Of a DNA stretch of 64,000 bases, positions 57,343-64,000 are shown piece after piece. The position numbers were made by a program, and so were the translations under genes. How positions within the stretch are numbered: position 1 is the first letter of the stretch; every line of letters begins with the position of its first letter. The stretch lies in the NCBI RefSeq assembly GCF_055900595.2, contig NZ_CM148325.1; one strand, written 5' to 3'. A model generated the notes under the pieces. The model did no database searches. It was not told the DNA's origin and worked only from the letters and a program-made list of their open reading frames with translations.

Positions 57343-57897
57343 TTACTCTTCAGAATCTTCTTCAAGCTCGTCCCACATTGCACTAATAGCATCGCGGGTT
57401 AGCGGTGCCATGGTGCGCCAGAAAGGCGTAGTTGCATGGGCCTCCACTTTGCCAAGGAACGCACCACACCAGGGTAACAGATACTCACTGAACAGTGTTT
57501 CCAGTGCTTCGCTCTCATCTTCCGTTGACTGATCTTCCAGCCAGGAAGCCGCGAGCAGCAATGTACCGATGTGATCGGCTGGCGTATCCGCTAATGGCAT
57601 CCCTCGTTCGGAAAGAAAAGCGCGCACTTCCGCTTCCGTCGCGCCCTCAACCCATGCGCTACGATATGGCGGCACAGCACATTCATCGCCGATAAACAAC
57701 GCATTGTAATCGGCAGAGACTTGCGCCATATCACAGCTTTTCTGTAAACGTATCAGTAACTCATCCTGCTCCAGTGGCCAGTTCGCAGCCAGTTTCCCTT
57801 CACGAATCAGGGTAAACAGCGGCACCAGTAAAGGGTCTTGCGGTTGGCGGTAATAGAGCGAACCCAGCACACGACAGAGGATAGAAAACTCGTTCAT
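57343..57897 (-). CDS. ycdY: TorD-family chaperone YcdY
   Basis: 184 aa. Confidence 0.88.
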   Translation of the reverse strand: MNEFSILCRVLGSLYYRQPQDPLLVPLFTLIREGKLAANWPLEQDELLIRLQKSCDMAQVSADYNALFIGDECAVPPYRSAWVEGATEAEVRAFLSERGMPLADTPADHIGTLLLAASWLEDQSTEDESEALETLFSEYLLPWCGAFLGKVEAHATTPFWRTMAPLTRDAISAMWDELEEDSEE

Positions 57898-57920
57898 TAA
57901 TATATTTCCATTACTAGTAA

Positions 57921-58658
57921 TTAAAGGTCTGCAAATTCCGCAATCGGTGCCATACCGCGAGATTCAAGGAAGTTCAGTAAGCGGCGTGGAGAAACATTCA
58001 AAATGCGCTCTGGCGGAAAATCTACCGCGTCGAGGATTTTAAGACACTCTTCAAATTCACCCATGGTAAACGCGGTGTGAGAATCCGAGCCTAATGCCAC
58101 CCAACCTCCAGCGTCACGTACCGCTGCGGCTACCGCACGACAGTTGTCTTCACTGCCCTTACGTGAGTGTAAAAATGAGGAATTATTGATTTCCAGCGCC
58201 ACCTGATGTTTCGCAGCTGCTTCAGCAACGGCTTTAACATCTATTTCATATTTCGGATTTCCGGGATGGCTTATTATATGCACATTGCCGCTGGCGATAG
58301 TGGCGATCATCGCTTGCGTATTGGTCGCTTTGTCATGCGGCGCAAACACCGGCTCATGAAAACCGGCAATAATCAGATCCAGCGAATCAAACATTTTGCC
58401 ACTGCAGTCAATTTCACCGTCAACATTTTTAATGTTAGCTTCGATGCCGCGCAGGATCCCAACCCCATCAACCACTCGCGGCCAGATACGCATGTTAATG
58501 AAGTGCCAGTGATGCGGCGCATCTTCCATATCTGGGCCATGATCGGTGATCGCAAAAAGTTTAATGCCCTTTTGTTTGGCCTGGGCAATGTAATCACTCA
58601 ATGTGCTATATGCATGCGTGCTGGCAACGGTATGCATATGAAGGTCGACGGGATACAT
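57921..58658 (-). CDS. ycdX: PHP-family zinc phosphatase YcdX
   Basis: 245 aa, [18 protein letters not shown] metal-binding N-terminus. Confidence 0.92.
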
Positions 58659-58715
58659 AACTCTCTCCTGTATTCAATTCCCGCCAAGGATAGCAGGAAA
58701 CCTGATGCTTTATTA

Positions 58716-59159
<444 letters not shown>

Positions 59160-59183
59160 TTATCAAAATCATTAAGTTAAGGT

Positions 59184-59244
59184 AGATACACATCTTGTCA
59201 TATGATCAAATGGTTTCGCCAAAAATCAATAATCAGACAACAAA

Positions 59245-59252
<8 letters not shown>
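59184..59252 (-). ncRNA. IS10 RNA-OUT antisense RNA (position inferred from canonical IS10 layout)
   Basis: Canonical IS10 places pOUT transcription from about nt 115 outward to about nt 47; mapped onto this copy by offset from the outside end. Confidence 0.5.
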
Positions 59253-61028
<1,776 letters not shown>

Positions 61029-61222
61029 TTATCGTTATGATCTACAAAGGCCACCAGCATAACAAATCCGTGGTCGGTGGCAAAAAAAGCAGATTTCGCT
61101 TATTAAAACTGCATATTGATTGAAGTTTGAATAAACGCGCGATTTTTTTAAAAAGTTTGTTGACCTCAGGTCATGATTTCCCTAAATTAGCGCCCGTTCC
61201 AGCAAGACAGGAACGACAATTT

Positions 61223-61310
61223 GGTGAGGTGTCCGAGTGGCTGAAGGAGCACGCCTGGAAAGTGTGTATACGGCAACGTATCGGGGGTTCGAATCCCCCC
61301 CTCACCGCCA
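61223..61310 (+). tRNA. serX: tRNA-Ser (anticodon GGA)
   Basis: GGTGAGGTGTCCGAGTGGCTGAAGGAGCACGCCTGGAAAGTGTGTATACGGCAACGTATCGGGGGTTCGAATCCCCCCCTCACCGCCA: class II tRNA with long variable arm and encoded CCA; hairpin plus T-run terminator follows. Confidence 0.9.
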
Positions 61311-61413
61311 TCTTTAAAGAAGAGCTCGTACGAAGGTACGGGCTTTTTTTTCGTATATTGCACACACCGGGGGATGAAAAGCCCCGACCGGGGTTCGACA
61401 ACTGGCGACAAAC

Positions 61414-62781
61414 TCAATCATCATCCTTGCAGTTGATAAGAATTTCTGCCTCTTTTACAACTATCTTATTACGTCCGGTTTCTTTCGCTTCATATAGTGC
61501 ATTATCAGCCATTCGATAGATTTCATTCGGATTTAACGCACTTCCCTGAGTCACCACAGCGCCAATGCTAATCGTCACTTTTTGCGGTATGGCGTATTCA
61601 GGATTATCGCCTGTCAAACGCTCTACATTTGCCCTTATCCTTTCGGCTAAAACTTTCGCGCTTTCAGTATCGGTCTCCGTCAGCAAGACGCCAAACTCTT
61701 CGCCGCCAACGCGTGCTAAAAGGTCATTTGGTCGTATGCTTTTCCCAATGATGCTCACCACTGTTTTTATCACCTGATCGCCAACCGGATGCCCCCACGT
61801 ATCGTTAACTTTTTTAAAGTGATCGATATCCATAATCATGACACAATAAGACGTTTTTTGGGCTGATGCTGATTGAGCCTTCAGTTCATTGAAAAAATAA
61901 TTCCTGTTAAATATATTAGTTAATGGATCGCGATGGGCAATGTTCTTTGTTACTCGTAGCGCACTGAAAATATGGCACATAAATATTACCATAACGGTTA
62001 ATTTACTGACTACTTCAATAGTGCGGCTAATATACCAAGTGGACACACTATACCTGCTCATAAATAACAGAGAGATATTATACAGCACGGCACAGAAAGC
62101 AATCACTGATACTCCATTCCAGATATCACAGCGTAAACCATTAAAGTATAGATTAACCAAAAGCAAGATTAACCACATGAAAATCATTATGGTAACATAT
62201 GAGGTTTTCCAGACTACCTGACCATTTTCATTTGTTAACTCGGCAATATGTAAACTGTAGTCATCATAATGACTACTTAGCATGTGAGCAACTGCCGCCC
62301 CCCCAAAAATAAAAAATAGGCTTATACACAATGTCATTTTTTTGGAAAAAAAACAGCGTTTCTTATTGTTTTCACTAACTTTATTCACCAGCGCTAGCAA
62401 TATTAACATGCACAAACTCATCTGACGAAACAAATAATAAATTGCAATATCATTTTGTACAACGCTGCTTATCAAATGCCCCTCAATAAATTGCTGAATG
62501 ATAATGGCAGTTTTAACAAAGTAAATCAAACAACTCAGAAACGCTAAACTAAGTATACAGTTTGAAAATTGCACACGATCATAAATGAAATACAATTGCA
62601 TGAAAATAAATGCAACGGTATCGATAAAAAATAAAGCAATCATAACCATTAGATAGGTTGATCGTGGAACAACCTCCTCAACGGTTGGCTGATTAAACCA
62701 ACTATTTACCAAAACGAATGCAAGCCCAAACAATAAGCTCACCAATACAGTACTACTAATTCCCAAATAGTCTTTTTCCAT
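61414..62781 (-). CDS. dgcT: membrane-anchored diguanylate cyclase (GGDEF/GGEEF domain)
   Basis: Polytopic N-terminal domain plus C-terminal GGDEF domain with RVGGEEFGVLL active site; start set at MEKDYLGISSTVL (ORF track begins 30 codons upstream). Confidence 0.88.
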   Translation of the reverse strand: MEKDYLGISSTVLVSLLFGLAFVLVNSWFNQPTVEEVVPRSTYLMVMIALFFIDTVAFIFMQLYFIYDRVQFSNCILSLAFLSCLIYFVKTAIIIQQFIEGHLISSVVQNDIAIYYLFRQMSLCMLILLALVNKVSENNKKRCFFSKKMTLCISLFFIFGGAAVAHMLSSHYDDYSLHIAELTNENGQVVWKTSYVTIMIFMWLILLLVNLYFNGLRCDIWNGVSVIAFCAVLYNISLLFMSRYSVSTWYISRTIEVVSKLTVMVIFMCHIFSALRVTKNIAHRDPLTNIFNRNYFFNELKAQSASAQKTSYCVMIMDIDHFKKVNDTWGHPVGDQVIKTVVSIIGKSIRPNDLLARVGGEEFGVLLTETDTESAKVLAERIRANVERLTGDNPEYAIPQKVTISIGAVVTQGSALNPNEIYRMADNALYEAKETGRNKIVVKEAEILINCKDDD

Positions 62782-63136
62782 AAAGCTACACCAATCTGTA
62801 GGTTGTAGATCCCTTTCTGTCACTAATAGATATAAGAACTGTACTGTTGTCAATATAAAAATCCACCACAAACAATACCAATGATGATAGTTGCAGACCG
62901 CAATTATTATTGCCTTAGTGCTTTATACATTCTTCGCGACAAGACAGGCTTGCAAATACATATAAATGGTTATAAGGAAATCCTTATAAAACATTAATTC
63001 ATAGATATATTAGGAATAACAATTGAATCCGTGAGTACAGTAACACTGCATTTCATCAGGACTTTCGAAAAATCCGATATCATGCATCGGAATTTACTGA
63101 TTTAATTATTTTAATCCTAATTTATTTTGAAAAAGG

Positions 63137-63370
63137 CATTGGGATTTATGCCGTATTCCTGAAGTTCCTCATCATTGGAATGGATTTTCGGGCGAGAAAA
63201 GGATTTTATATGGATACTCTACTCATCATTTCTTCTTCTCATCATCAACAATTCACGTCTCTCTTCCGCGTTTAATAACGGATTATGATGTGCAAAAAAA
63301 ATATCTTTCGTTTCAGTTACCTGTAATTAGATACAGAGAGAGATTTCGGCAATACATGGAGTAATACAGG
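63137..63370 (+). promoter_or_regulatory. pgaA 5' leader with CsrA-type GGA motifs; 5' extent approximate
   Basis: GGA motifs flank the start (CATGGAGTAATACAGGATG); leader length of about 234 nt is from established knowledge, not measured here. Confidence 0.45.
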
Positions 63371-64000
63371 ATGTATTCAAGTAGCAGAAAAAGGTGTCCG
63401 AAAACCAAATGGGCTTTGAAAATTCTTACTGCCGCATTTTTAGCAGCGAGTCCCGCGGCGAAGAGTGCTGTTAATAATGCCTATGATGCATTGATTATCG
63501 AAGCTCGCAAGGGAAATACTCAGCCAGCTTTGTTATGGTTTGCACAAAAATCAGCACTCAGTAATAACCAAATTGCTGACTGGTTACAGATTGCCTTATG
63601 GGCCGGGCAAGATAAACAGGTTATTACCGTTTACAACCGCTACCGTCATCAGCAATTACCAGCGCGTGGTTATGCAGCTGTCGCCGTCGCTTATCGTAAC
63701 CTGCAACAATGGCAAAACTCGCTTACACTGTGGCAAAAGGCACTCTCTCTGGAGTCGCAAAATAAGGATTATCAACGGGGACAAATTTTAACCCTGGCAG
63801 ATGCGGGTCACTATGATTCTGCGCTGGTTAAACTTAAGCAGCTTAACTCTGGAGCACCGGACAAAGCTAATTTACTCGCAGAAGCCTATATCTATAAACT
63901 GGCGGGGCGGCATGAGGATGAATTACGGGCGATGACAGGGTCATTACCTGAAAATGCCTTAACGCAACAATATCCCACAGAATACGTGCAGGCATTACGG
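63371..64000 (+). CDS. pgaA: poly-beta-1,6-N-acetylglucosamine export porin PgaA, N-terminal 210 codons (continues past window end)
   Basis: Not in ORF track as a start-to-stop ORF. Reads MYSSSRKRCPKTKWALKILTAAFLAASPAAKSAVNNAYDALIIEARKGNTQPALLWF... (signal peptide plus TPR region). Confidence 0.88.
   Translation, partial: MYSSSRKRCPKTKWALKILTAAFLAASPAAKSAVNNAYDALIIEARKGNTQPALLWFAQKSALSNNQIADWLQIALWAGQDKQVITVYNRYRHQQLPARGYAAVAVAYRNLQQWQNSLTLWQKALSLESQNKDYQRGQILTLADAGHYDSALVKLKQLNSGAPDKANLLAEAYIYKLAGRHEDELRAMTGSLPENALTQQYPTEYVQALR

Noticed and set aside
61127-61519. 130-aa plus-strand ORF
   Set aside because: It spans the serX tRNA and its terminator; the tRNA accounts for the sequence.
63540-63791. 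83-aa plus-strand ORF
   Set aside because: Wrong frame inside pgaA; the true pgaA frame starts at 63371.

Overview
This 64 kb window is a well-characterised Escherichia coli-type chromosomal segment, in reverse orientation relative to the K-12 map as I recall it. I found no convincing evidence of a previously undescribed system: every long ORF either matches a known protein family in conserved gene order or is an antisense/out-of-frame artefact inside a known gene. Gene order, left to right: ycfH' / holB-tmk-mltG-pabC / IS200 / fabF-acpP-fabG-fabD-fabH-plsX-rpmF-yceD / yceF / rluC / rne / flagellar region I (flgLKJIHGFEDCB, then flgA-flgM-flgN) / murJ-yceM-yceH-rimJ / mdtH-grxB-yceB-pyrC-dinI-bssS-solA-yceO-yceJ-yceI / trhO / lpxL-mdtG-msyB / yceK-opgHG / opgC / clsC-ymdB-ymdA / curli csgCAB and csgDEFG / ycdZYX / ghrA interrupted by IS10 / tRNA-Ser serX / dgcT / pgaA'. 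The only accessory content is two insertion sequences: an IS200-type element between fabF and pabC, and a complete IS10 with a perfect 9-bp target duplication splitting ghrA. All identifications rest on reading the supplied translations and sequence motifs against remembered protein and site sequences; no database search was run. Many ORF-track starts were trimmed to the start that matches the known protein N-terminus.
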